Shown one piece after another: positions 18,954 to 27,280 of a stretch of 32,000 nucleotides of DNA (the first letter of the stretch is position 1; each line of letters opens with the position of its first letter). The stretch comes from Halomicronema hongdechloris C2206 (lineage in GTDB: Bacteria > Cyanobacteriota > Cyanobacteriia > Phormidesmidales > Phormidesmidaceae). The DNA is taken from the NCBI RefSeq assembly GCF_002075285.3, contig NZ_CP021983.2, positions 4,980,001 to 5,012,000 of the forward strand. Direction: 5' to 3'. A model generated the notes under the pieces. The model made no database searches and was not told the DNA's origin. It saw only the letters and a list, made by a program, of their open reading frames with translations. The position numbers were made by a program, and so were the translations under genes.

Positions 18954-20486
18954 TCAGCGAATGTCGTAGCCAAACAAGTTAGGGTTCACCTGATCGAGTC
19001 GCAAATCGCCGAGGCCATACTCTGCCCAGCGTTGATCCACCCGGGCTGCCATCTCCGGGTCAGGCCGCAACTCCTCACTCCAGGGCCGATCGGTTTCGGG
19101 ATAAATCTTGGTAGTGGCATCGATGCCCATGCGACTGCCCAGCCCCGGCCTCACGGTGGCAAAATCTAAGCGGTCGAAGGGATTATCCGGCAGGATAAAC
19201 ACATCCCGCACCGGATCTACCTTCGAGGTCACGGCCCACATCACCTGACGCGGATCGCGAATATTGATGGCCTGATCGACCACAATCACGAACTTGGTGT
19301 AGCTAAACTGGGGCAAAGCCGACCAAAAGGCCAAGGCTGCCCGCTTGGCTTGCCCAGGATAGGACTTATCGATCGACAGCACCGCTGCCTTATAACTGAG
19401 CCCCTCCATCGGCAGAAAGAAGTCCTGAATCTCGGGCACCTGTTGCCGCAGGATCGGAGTGTAGATGCGATTGAGGGCAATGGCCAACATGGCATCTTCC
19501 TTGGGCGGGCGACCACTAAAGGTGGTCATGTAGATGGGCTGTTGGCGATGGGTGAGGCAGTGAAAGCGCAGCAAGGGGGCCTGCTCATTCACCCCACCGT
19601 AATAGCCGATATGATCGCCGGCCGGACCATCCCACTGCTGTTTCTCCGGGGTAATGGTGCCCTCTAGCACGATCTCAGCCATGGCCGGCACCTCTAGATC
19701 CACGGTTTTGCACTGGGCTAGGCGAACGCCTTCGCCGGCATAGAGTCCGGCAAATAGCCATTCAGAGAGGTCTACGGGCAAAGGGGTGGCCGCCGCCATC
19801 ACCAGCAGGGGATCGACGCCAATGGCCACAGCCACCTCCAGCTTTTCACCCCGCTCGGCGGCTTTGCGCAGATGACGGCTACAGCCCCGCACCGATAGCC
19901 ACTGTACCGTCATGGTGGTTTGAGACTGCAGTTGCAGGCGGTAGACACCCACATTGGGGACCTTAGTCTCCGGATCTTTGGTGATCATGAGGCCCAGGGT
20001 AATCACCTTGTCGGCATCCCCTGGATAGACCCGCAGCAGGGGGAGTTGGGTTAGATCGACCTGGTTACCCTTCCGCACTACCTGCTGGCAGGGGGGCAGC
20101 AGATCTCGCCTGGGTTTGGCTTTCAGGACGTCGAAGAGGGCCTTGCCCAATTCCACCGCTTGGGAGAGTTGCTTGGGGGGACGCAGTTGATACAGCAGGG
20201 CTAGTTTCTGACCCAGGCGTTCTAAGTCTTGGGGCTGCTCCATATCCATAGCCCAGCAGACCCGTTCCACGGTGCCCATGACATTGATGGCTAGGGGCAT
20301 GTCTGAGCCCTTGACCTGCTCGAACAGTAGGGCAGGGCCTCCGGCCAGCAACAGGCGGTTGGCAACTTCAGCAATTTCTAAGTCGGGATCGACGGGAACT
20401 CGAATGCGTCGCAGTTGATCCCGCTTTTCTAAGCGTTTTAGGAAACCTCTCAGGTCTCGCGCCATAGTCAGAATAGGATGCAGCAC
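18954..20486 (-). CDS. ubiD: UbiD-family decarboxylase (4-hydroxy-3-polyprenylbenzoate decarboxylase type; plastoquinone pathway in cyanobacteria)
   Basis: 510 aa with UbiD-typical blocks: LLLAGGPALLFEQVKGSDMPLAINVMGT, GVYRLQL, VQWLSVRG, LEGTI..E.....GPAGDHIGYY, FVIVVD. Confidence 0.9.
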   Translation of the reverse strand: MLHPILTMARDLRGFLKRLEKRDQLRRIRVPVDPDLEIAEVANRLLLAGGPALLFEQVKGSDMPLAINVMGTVERVCWAMDMEQPQDLERLGQKLALLYQLRPPKQLSQAVELGKALFDVLKAKPRRDLLPPCQQVVRKGNQVDLTQLPLLRVYPGDADKVITLGLMITKDPETKVPNVGVYRLQLQSQTTMTVQWLSVRGCSRHLRKAAERGEKLEVAVAIGVDPLLVMAAATPLPVDLSEWLFAGLYAGEGVRLAQCKTVDLEVPAMAEIVLEGTITPEKQQWDGPAGDHIGYYGGVNEQAPLLRFHCLTHRQQPIYMTTFSGRPPKEDAMLAIALNRIYTPILRQQVPEIQDFFLPMEGLSYKAAVLSIDKSYPGQAKRAALAFWSALPQFSYTKFVIVVDQAINIRDPRQVMWAVTSKVDPVRDVFILPDNPFDRLDFATVRPGLGSRMGIDATTKIYPETDRPWSEELRPDPEMAARVDQRWAEYGLGDLRLDQVNPNLFGYDIR

Positions 20487-20530
20487 ACCCCCTTATTATG
20501 GACAGCAATAGGATAGTCAGGGGGAGCTGA

Positions 20531-21154
20531 TTAGTCGGTGTCGATGTCTTTGGCGGCTAAATGGTTGGCCAGCCGCGTGTAGGCAGCGATGTTATCCCAG
20601 GATACCGCCTGACGTTCGCCGGTGTCGCCGTCCTGGCTCCAGCAGCGGCCATCGGGCATGACCGTATAGCAGAGATAGGCCCCTTCTAAGTAGGTCTCAG
20701 ACAGGTCAGTATCCACCAGGTTGGCCCCCATCAGATTGGCTCCTCGCAGGTTAGTCTCCCGTAAATTAGCCCCCCGCAGGTTGGCTGCGATTAGGTTGGC
20801 CCCGGCTAGGCTGGTGCCCTGCAGAGTGGCCTCGCTCAAGTTGGCTCCGCTGAAATTGGCGGTGCTGCATAGGGCCCAAGACAAATCGGCTCGGCTGAGG
20901 TTGGCCCGAATCAAGTCGGCCCCGAGCAAATTGGCTCGGCGCAAGCTGGTCTTTTGCAACCGCGATCGCACCAGAGATGCCCCTGGTAAAAAGGCATCGT
21001 CTAGGTTAGCTGACTGTAACACAGCATCACTTAGATTCACCCAAGGCAGGTGTACCCCGGCTAAGTTAGCGTGGGTTAACATCAATCCCTGAAATGCGAT
21101 CTGTCCAGATTGATACTGTTGGATTAAGTGGTGAACCTCAACCGAAAAGGCCAT
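20531..21154 (-). CDS. Pentapeptide-repeat protein
   Basis: 207 aa. About 25 consecutive A(D/N)LXX pentapeptides, e.g. ANLSRADLSWALCSTANFSGANLSEATLQGTSLAGANLIAANLRGANLRETNLRGANLMGANL. Confidence 0.93.
   Translation of the reverse strand: MAFSVEVHHLIQQYQSGQIAFQGLMLTHANLAGVHLPWVNLSDAVLQSANLDDAFLPGASLVRSRLQKTSLRRANLLGADLIRANLSRADLSWALCSTANFSGANLSEATLQGTSLAGANLIAANLRGANLRETNLRGANLMGANLVDTDLSETYLEGAYLCYTVMPDGRCWSQDGDTGERQAVSWDNIAAYTRLANHLAAKDIDTD
20962..20969. repeat. HIP1 octamer GCGATCGC
   Basis: Perfect copy read directly. Confidence 0.95.
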
Positions 21155-21564
21155 GGTCTGTAGACGCGTGTAAGGGGGTGATTAGCACTGGCCCGGAGAC
21201 CTGTTAGTTACCTCTTCAACTGTTAATACCATTGTCAGGGAGATCTATCAGTGATATCCGTCAGTGATCTCTAGGAACTAGGTTGCCTACGGCGGTGAGG
21301 TTGCTGTCAGGTTATGGGGCCACGGGCTGCTGCGAACAAACCGCCCGGGAATTTGCAGCATGGGGTGGTATCTTGAGGCTGCGGCTGCATGCAAATAGGC
21401 CTCCCAAACAGTCTCTGAGGCGGATAAACAGTTGAGATAGATGCTTGGGATAGATGCTCCTAAATCCTAGCACTGCCATTAGAGAACCGTTAGGCTGGGC
21501 TTAATCTTCCGTTTACCAGGACAGGCCGTGCCAAAATTTATAGTGGGACTCTGGGCCTGAGGAT

Positions 21565-21572
21565 GCGATCGC
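21565..21572. repeat. HIP1 octamer GCGATCGC
   Basis: Perfect copy read directly. It abuts the ATG of the lipoprotein gene at 21573. Confidence 0.95.
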
Positions 21573-22268
21573 ATGACTATCCCTCTGACTATTCGTCATC
21601 ATAGTGTCTGGGCACTGGCAGGGGTATGCTTGGCCGCCTGCAGTAACCAGCTCAATACCGCTGACATCGAAGCCACCATCGAAGCCGAGATCGAACGTCA
21701 GGGATACCGCCTATCCCTGGCCGAGGTGCGCTGCCCTAACACGGTGCCGCGGCAGACCAACCATTATTTTCGCTGTGTGGGGGAATTGGACTCAGAGGAG
21801 ACCTTTACCATCAACGTGGTGCAACAGGATGGCCAGGGCACCGTAGAGTGGGAAGTGCCCAACTCCAAAACCATGCTGAATCTGGTTAAGGTGGAAACGC
21901 GCATTGCCGAGGGTCTGGGTCAGGCCCTGGGGCAGCGGGCCATCATTGACTGTGGCCATACCTACCGGACCAACCAGCCAGGAGATCGCTTTGAGTGCCA
22001 AGTAGTCGGTGAGTTAACGGACGGTCGCGATCGCATCGATGCCGTGTTGGTGATGCCCGAGCCCGACGGGAACCTCACCTGGCAAGAATTGCGTCAACCG
22101 ATCCCAGCGGCAGCAGGGACCTCTACGGCCAGTACTGCTCCTGCTCAGGAAAATGCCAGCTCACCCCAGGTAGCCGCGACAGAGTCCTCGGTGAAGACCA
22201 CAACCGTGAGTGGCCCCGGCAATCGGCGGCAGGTCAACCGTCCCTACCTGCCAGGGGACGATGACTAA
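21573..22268 (+). CDS. Putative lipoprotein with two Cys-containing DUF4333-like repeats and a disordered tail
   Basis: Signal peptide plus lipobox (WALAGVCLAAC|SNQ). There are two similar about-70-aa modules: RCPNTV...YFRCVGEL...TVEWEV and DCGHTY...RFECQVVGEL...NLTWQEL. A HIP1 copy abuts the ATG. Confidence 0.6.
   Translation: MTIPLTIRHHSVWALAGVCLAACSNQLNTADIEATIEAEIERQGYRLSLAEVRCPNTVPRQTNHYFRCVGELDSEETFTINVVQQDGQGTVEWEVPNSKTMLNLVKVETRIAEGLGQALGQRAIIDCGHTYRTNQPGDRFECQVVGELTDGRDRIDAVLVMPEPDGNLTWQELRQPIPAAAGTSTASTAPAQENASSPQVAATESSVKTTTVSGPGNRRQVNRPYLPGDDD
22027..22034. repeat. HIP1 octamer GCGATCGC
   Basis: Perfect copy read directly. Confidence 0.95.
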
Positions 22269-22403
22269 CGATGGGCTCTTAACCTCCATTTAGGCTGTCG
22301 CTAGGGATGGCTTAATCTATCGGCCGTGGTCTTTCGCTAGGCTAACGGTGAATCCGAATATAGTGGCAGTGACTGCATACGGGCTAAGGGGGCACCGCGA
22401 GGG

Positions 22404-23102
22404 ATGACGACAGTACTCGATTTTTTAATCAAGGGTGGCCCCGTGATGGTGCCCATCCTGGGGTGTTCGGTGTTGACCATGGCCACAGCCTTAGAACGAA
22501 GCCTGTTTTGGACGCGACTCTTGCAACGAGAAGGGCGCATCGTCAATGAGGTTCTAGATGTGGCCCGGCGAGACTTGCATGAGGCGGCTGCCATCGCCGC
22601 CCAGGCCCAAGATCTGCCCATTGGTCGCTTCCTATTAGCGCCGCTGCGGTTGCAGCGCCCCTCCCCCGAAACCTTTCGCCTGGCCATGGAAACCGCTGGG
22701 GATCGAGAATTTGTCACCATGCGCAAGGGGGATAAGCTGCTGGAGACCATCGTGGCAGTGGCACCTTTGCTCGGTCTTCTCGGGACTGTGACTGGCCTGA
22801 TTGCCACCTTCGGTAATCTCAACATCGGCGGCGGTGGCACTGGCGAGCAGGCCTCCCGGGCGGCAGCCGGTATTGGCGAAGCCCTGATCACCACAGCGGC
22901 AGGGATGGTTGTCGCCATTTTAGCCCTACTGATCTTCCGGGTGCTGGTCAGCTTGCAGGCCCAACAGATGGATTATTTTTCGGAAGCGGGCAACGAATTA
23001 GAGTTGATCTATCGGCAATACTGGTATGAACCGGCCCAGCTCCCCCCTTCGTCGGAGCGAGGCCTGCCAGCTGGGATAGGGCCGGAACGCTACTCGGGAT
23101 AG
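22404..23102 (+). CDS. exbB: MotA/TolQ/ExbB-family proton channel protein
   Basis: 232 aa with three TM helices. Conserved blocks LLETIVAVAPLLGLLGTVTGLI and IGEALITTAAGMVVAILALLIF are present. Confidence 0.9.
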   Translation: MTTVLDFLIKGGPVMVPILGCSVLTMATALERSLFWTRLLQREGRIVNEVLDVARRDLHEAAAIAAQAQDLPIGRFLLAPLRLQRPSPETFRLAMETAGDREFVTMRKGDKLLETIVAVAPLLGLLGTVTGLIATFGNLNIGGGGTGEQASRAAAGIGEALITTAAGMVVAILALLIFRVLVSLQAQQMDYFSEAGNELELIYRQYWYEPAQLPPSSERGLPAGIGPERYSG

Positions 23103-23109
23103 CACCACC

Positions 23110-23520
23110 ATGCGGTTTCGCCAGCAGCATCAGGCTAAGTTACCCCAGGTCGATCTGATTCCCATGCTGAATGTGATGATGGGAATTTTGGCCTTTTTTG
23201 TCATGATCACCATGACCCTGGGCAGCGAGCAACTGATCGAGGTGCAATTGCCGGCGGAACAGCAACCAGATGAGCCGGCCCCCCTACCTACGGATCCCTT
23301 TATCGTCGAGTTGGCGGCCCCAAATCAGGTGCGCCTAAACGGCCAACCCATCGATGTGCCCACTCTGCAACAGCAAATGGAAACCTATCTGGGGCGCAAT
23401 CCTGACAACGTGGTGTTTCTGTTGCCCAATCGTGACCTGCCCTACGAAGACGTGATGCAATTCCTGGGAGAGATGCGGGCCGTGGGCGGCGATCGGGTGT
23501 CGTTGGCCATTGAGGAGTAG
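23110..23520 (+). CDS. exbD: ExbD/TolR-family protein, paralog 1 (TM Asp replaced by Asn)
   Basis: 136 aa. N-terminal TM VDLIPMLNVMMGILAFFVMI, then a periplasmic domain (LNGQPID...L; VVFLLPNRDLPYEDVMQFLGEMRAVG). Codon 21 is AAT at 23170..23172. Confidence 0.87.
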   Translation: MRFRQQHQAKLPQVDLIPMLNVMMGILAFFVMITMTLGSEQLIEVQLPAEQQPDEPAPLPTDPFIVELAAPNQVRLNGQPIDVPTLQQQMETYLGRNPDNVVFLLPNRDLPYEDVMQFLGEMRAVGGDRVSLAIEE

Positions 23521-23525
23521 CCGCC

Positions 23526-23975
23526 ATGCGCTTTCGTCAGCGTCAGATGCGATGGCCAAAGGCCGGTCGGAGACCATCGCAAGTTCCCGAGGTCAACCTC
23601 GTCCCCATGATGGACGTGTTAATGACCGTGTTGACCTTTTTCATCATCATTTCCATGAGCCTCACCGGCCAGCAGCTACTGAATGTCCGCCTGCCCCAGA
23701 TTCTAGGCGAGGCCGATGAGCTGGTCGAAGACGAGACCAATGTCCGCCTAGAGGCCCTGATCGTCGGCCTAGACGCCAGCGGTGCCCTGCTCCTAGATAA
23801 TGAACCCGTTGCCTTCAGCCGGGTAGCCCAGCGCATTCGTACCTACTTCCAGGAACATCCTGATGGGCGAGTCATTCTCAAGGCCGACCGCAGCCTCAGC
23901 TATGAGCAAGTAGCCACCCTGTTAACCGACCTGCGTGACATCGGCGGCAACCGGGTCTCCCTGGCAGTGGAATAG
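23526..23975 (+). CDS. exbD: ExbD/TolR-family protein, paralog 2 (canonical TM Asp)
   Basis: 149 aa. TM VNLVPMMDVLMTVLTFFIII (GAC at 23613..23615), then RVILKADRSLSYEQVATLLTDLRDIG. Confidence 0.87.
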   Translation: MRFRQRQMRWPKAGRRPSQVPEVNLVPMMDVLMTVLTFFIIISMSLTGQQLLNVRLPQILGEADELVEDETNVRLEALIVGLDASGALLLDNEPVAFSRVAQRIRTYFQEHPDGRVILKADRSLSYEQVATLLTDLRDIGGNRVSLAVE

Positions 23976-24035
23976 GGCCATAGGCCCGATCCCTTCAAAA
24001 TTCCCTCTAAAATGGGGCCAAAGGTAGGGATCACC

Positions 24036-25517
24036 ATGTTTGAGTCGGCAGAACTCGGCCATACCATCGACAAAGCCACCTACGCCGCAGCGGAACCCCC
24101 GTTGCGGGCCGACTTACTGGATGCGCAGTTCGACGTCGCCGAGGCCAAACAGTTCGCCGTGATCATTTTGGTCAGTGGCGTCGAGGGGGCAGGCAAAGGC
24201 GAAACCGTTAATCTGCTCAGCAAGTGGATGGATCCGCGCCATCTCATCGTTCACGGCATGGGAGTCCCCTCCGATGAAGAACGGGAACGGCCCCCCATGT
24301 GGCGGTTTTGGCGAGCGCTGCCAGCGCAGGGTAGGATTGGCGTCTTCTTTGGCTCCTGGTATAGCGACCCCATCGTGGGCCGGGTTCAAGGCGATTACGA
24401 TGCTGCCGCCTTGGAGCAGCACCTGCAGACCATTGTCCACTTCGAGCGCATGTTAGTGGCTGAAGGGGTTTTATTGGTCAAATTCTGGTTCCATCTCTCC
24501 AAGAAACGGCAAAAGAAACGCCTCAAAGCCCTAGAAAAAGATCCCAACACCCGCTGGCGGGTGACGAAAGCGGACTGGAAACGGTTCAAACACTACGATG
24601 AATTTCGAGCCGTCTCAGAACGAGTCCTGCGCACCACCAGTACGGCAGAAGCCCCCTGGTTTGTCATCGAAGGCACCGACGAGTGCTACCGCAGCCTCAT
24701 GGTAGGGCGCATTCTCCTCAATGCTCTGCAGCAGAGACTGCAACAGCTGTCCCACACCGAAAAGCGGATCCTGGCGCCGCCCCTGGTTGCCCCCATCGAT
24801 CAGCGCAACATCTTAAATACCCTAGACCTCTGCCAGTCCTTACAAAAATCGGACTATAAAGACACCCTAGAACACTACCAAGGCCGCCTCAATCTACTGG
24901 TACGGCAGCTATCAGAGCGACAACGAGCCTTGGTTGCCGTCTTCGAAGGCTGGGATGCCGCCGGCAAAGGCGGCAGCATTCGCCGGGTCACAGGGGCCCT
25001 TGATGCCCGCTGGTATCGGGTGATTTCGGTGGGAGCTCCCAGCGAAGAAGAACAGGCCCAACCCTATCTCTGGCGCTTTTGGCGCCATATTCCCCGCTGG
25101 GGACGGGTCACCCTTTTCGATCGCTCCTGGTATGGGCGGGTACTGGTGGAGCGGGTGGAGCACTTTTGTCCCGAGGCGGCCTGGATGCGGGCCTATGGTG
25201 AAATTCGTGAATTTGAGCAGCAACTGGTGCAGCATCGAGTCGTCTTGGCTAAATTCTGGTTGCACATTTCCAAAGACGAACAACTGAAGCGATTCCAGGA
25301 GCGGGAAACTGTCCGGTTTAAGCGCTTTAAGATCACTGAAGAAGATTGGCGCAACCGGGCCAAATGGGATGAGTACGAACAGGCTGTCTGTGACATGATT
25401 GACCGCACCCATACCGATAGGGCCCCATGGACCCTGGTGGAGGCTAATAACAAGTACTATGCCCGCATCAAAGTGCTACAGACCCTGTGCCAGACCTTAG
25501 AAGCAACCTTTGATTAA
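24036..25517 (+). CDS. ppk2: Two-domain polyphosphate kinase 2 family protein (polyphosphate:AMP/nucleotide phosphotransferase type)
   Basis: Two tandem PPK2 modules, each with a Walker-A-like loop (VSGVEGAGKGET; FEGWDAAGKGGS), a WRFW motif and an FDRSWY / FGSWY block. The start is ATG 24036 (MFESAELG) or ATG 24012. Confidence 0.9.
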   Translation: MFESAELGHTIDKATYAAAEPPLRADLLDAQFDVAEAKQFAVIILVSGVEGAGKGETVNLLSKWMDPRHLIVHGMGVPSDEERERPPMWRFWRALPAQGRIGVFFGSWYSDPIVGRVQGDYDAAALEQHLQTIVHFERMLVAEGVLLVKFWFHLSKKRQKKRLKALEKDPNTRWRVTKADWKRFKHYDEFRAVSERVLRTTSTAEAPWFVIEGTDECYRSLMVGRILLNALQQRLQQLSHTEKRILAPPLVAPIDQRNILNTLDLCQSLQKSDYKDTLEHYQGRLNLLVRQLSERQRALVAVFEGWDAAGKGGSIRRVTGALDARWYRVISVGAPSEEEQAQPYLWRFWRHIPRWGRVTLFDRSWYGRVLVERVEHFCPEAAWMRAYGEIREFEQQLVQHRVVLAKFWLHISKDEQLKRFQERETVRFKRFKITEEDWRNRAKWDEYEQAVCDMIDRTHTDRAPWTLVEANNKYYARIKVLQTLCQTLEATFD

Positions 25518-25525
25518 CGGCCTGG

Positions 25526-26374
25526 CTAACCCTTCAGGCCACTGCCGGATTCCGTAGGCACGATATACCGCTGCAAAAATACAAATACCAACACTACCGG
25601 CACCATCGAAATCACAGACCCCGCCGCAATCAAGCGCCAGTCTAGAGAAAAACTGCCGGCCAGTTTGGCCACCCCCAGGGGCAGAGTATAGTATTCCGGT
25701 TGATCTAGCACAATCAGAGGCCAGAGAAAGTCACTCCAGGAGCCGATGAACACAAAAATCGCCAGCGTCACCAGGGCCGGGCGAGTCGCCGGTATCATCA
25801 CGTTCCACCAGATGCCCAGTTCGGAGCAACCGTCCATGCGGGCTGCCTCCTCTAACTCTTTGGGGACTCCCTGAAAGGCCTGGCGCATTAAAAAAATACC
25901 GAAGGCAGAGGCCAGGGACGGGAAGATAATGCCCAGGTACGTATTCCGTAAGCCCAACTGCACCGTCAGGATGTAGAGGGGAATCATCACGATCTGAAAC
26001 GGAATCATGATGGTAGAGACCACCAGGGCAAAAATCGTATCCCGACCACGAAAGGTCAACCGAGCCAAGGGATAGGCGGCTAAGGAACAAAACAATAGAT
26101 TCAAGCCCACCGTTAAGACTGCCACTACGGTGCTGTTGAACAAGTAGCGGCCAAAGGGATTACTCTGCCAGACCGTGACGAAGTTCTCTAGGGTCGGGGT
26201 CTCAGGAATAAATTGGGGAGGGAACTCAAAGATATTTTCGCTGGAGGACTTAAACGAGGTGCTGACTAACCAGGCCAGGGGCAGCAGCATAGCCAGGGCA
26301 ATGGCAATCAGCAGTACATACAGCCCCACCGTTCGCCACCGAGGCGAGGGCCAGAACTGACTTAACCGAATCAT
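25526..26374 (-). CDS. ABC transporter permease, carbohydrate-uptake (MalG-like) type
   Basis: Six predicted TM segments and the EAA loop EEAARMDGCSELGIWWNVMIPATRPAL. ATG 26374 (MIRLSQFWP) overlaps the upstream gene's stop as ATGA. Confidence 0.87.
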   Translation of the reverse strand: MIRLSQFWPSPRWRTVGLYVLLIAIALAMLLPLAWLVSTSFKSSSENIFEFPPQFIPETPTLENFVTVWQSNPFGRYLFNSTVVAVLTVGLNLLFCSLAAYPLARLTFRGRDTIFALVVSTIMIPFQIVMIPLYILTVQLGLRNTYLGIIFPSLASAFGIFLMRQAFQGVPKELEEAARMDGCSELGIWWNVMIPATRPALVTLAIFVFIGSWSDFLWPLIVLDQPEYYTLPLGVAKLAGSFSLDWRLIAAGSVISMVPVVLVFVFLQRYIVPTESGSGLKG

Positions 26375-27234
26375 CCCAACGTTAGCTCCTGCAACAACCA
26401 AAATCCGGTAAAGGCTTCGGCCTCGGGACTGGTTTGGACCCCGATGAAGTGCACCTGATTGGCGGCTCGTTTGGCGGCTTCAAAGTTTTGGGCTTCGGTT
26501 TGAGTTTGGGCAGTGGTGAGATTGGCCAGTATCCAGCTATCGGCAGCCCCGGTTTCTAAAATTAAACGCGGTGTCTGACGCTGTTCCACCCAGAGATAGG
26601 CCAACTCCAATCCCGATAGCCATCCTGCTAAGGGCAATGCCCGGGGCGAGAAGATCAAGATGCCGGGGATGGGAGTATCGGGGGTAACGCCAGCCATCTC
26701 TGGGGGAAAGGCATCGGCAAAATCAATGGACCATTCTGGCATCTCAGCAAAGGCGTTCGCTTCCAGAGTGACCAGGGCCCACTGTTGGCCTAGGAGGGCA
26801 TCGGGTAACGGTCTGGGACTGGGGGGTGGAGCCGCCACTGAGGGGGATGGGGCGTTGGTATAGCCTGGATGGGTGGGATAGACGTCCCGATGGCGCTGCT
26901 CTAGCCATTGTTGCAAAGCCAAGGTGCGACGGCTGGGTCTAGCCGGAATGCCGATTTCCTCACAGGCTCGGCTGATCATGTTCTGCATCTGGTAGCGAAA
27001 GAAGCGAATGCTATTGGGAGGATTGGGAGCCTGCTCTATTGCCTCGGCTAGGGCTTGCTGCAACTGAATGGAGTTGACCTCGGTGTTGGCCAGGTATTTG
27101 CTGTAGCAGAAGCGCTCTTGAGAAGGGGCTTTGACGTCTTGAAAGCCTTCACAAATCAGAACTTCCCAGCGTTTTTTTTGGCGCTCATCCAGAATTGGAC
27201 GGGAGTACAGGTCTAATTCCCAAACCGTTGCCAT
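26371..27234 (-). CDS. Tab2-family (DUF1092) RNA-binding protein homologue
   Basis: The N-terminus MATVWELDLYSRPILDERQKKRWEVLICEG matches the conserved start of cyanobacterial/plastid Tab2 homologues as I remember them. 287 aa. Confidence 0.75.
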   Translation of the reverse strand: MATVWELDLYSRPILDERQKKRWEVLICEGFQDVKAPSQERFCYSKYLANTEVNSIQLQQALAEAIEQAPNPPNSIRFFRYQMQNMISRACEEIGIPARPSRRTLALQQWLEQRHRDVYPTHPGYTNAPSPSVAAPPPSPRPLPDALLGQQWALVTLEANAFAEMPEWSIDFADAFPPEMAGVTPDTPIPGILIFSPRALPLAGWLSGLELAYLWVEQRQTPRLILETGAADSWILANLTTAQTQTEAQNFEAAKRAANQVHFIGVQTSPEAEAFTGFWLLQELTLG

Positions 27235-27280
27235 CGTTTAGTTGCCAGTCAGTGTGCACGGGAATCTATCGTTGCGGTGC

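Noticed and set aside
21159-21174. NtcA-like site TGTA-N8-TAAG
   Set aside because: The right half-site is imperfect (TAAG rather than TACA). The motif lies only 5 nt upstream of the pentapeptide gene's ATG, which is not a plausible activator position.
21511-21530. Resemblance of GTTTACCAGGACAGGCCGTG to the SRP (4.5S) RNA domain IV region
   Set aside because: The conserved GGAAGCAGC half and the complementary helix are absent.
22337-22918. 193-aa ORF on the minus strand
   Set aside because: It is antisense to exbB. Its composition is Ala/Arg/Ser/Pro-rich with no domain. The ExbB frame has clear family motifs.
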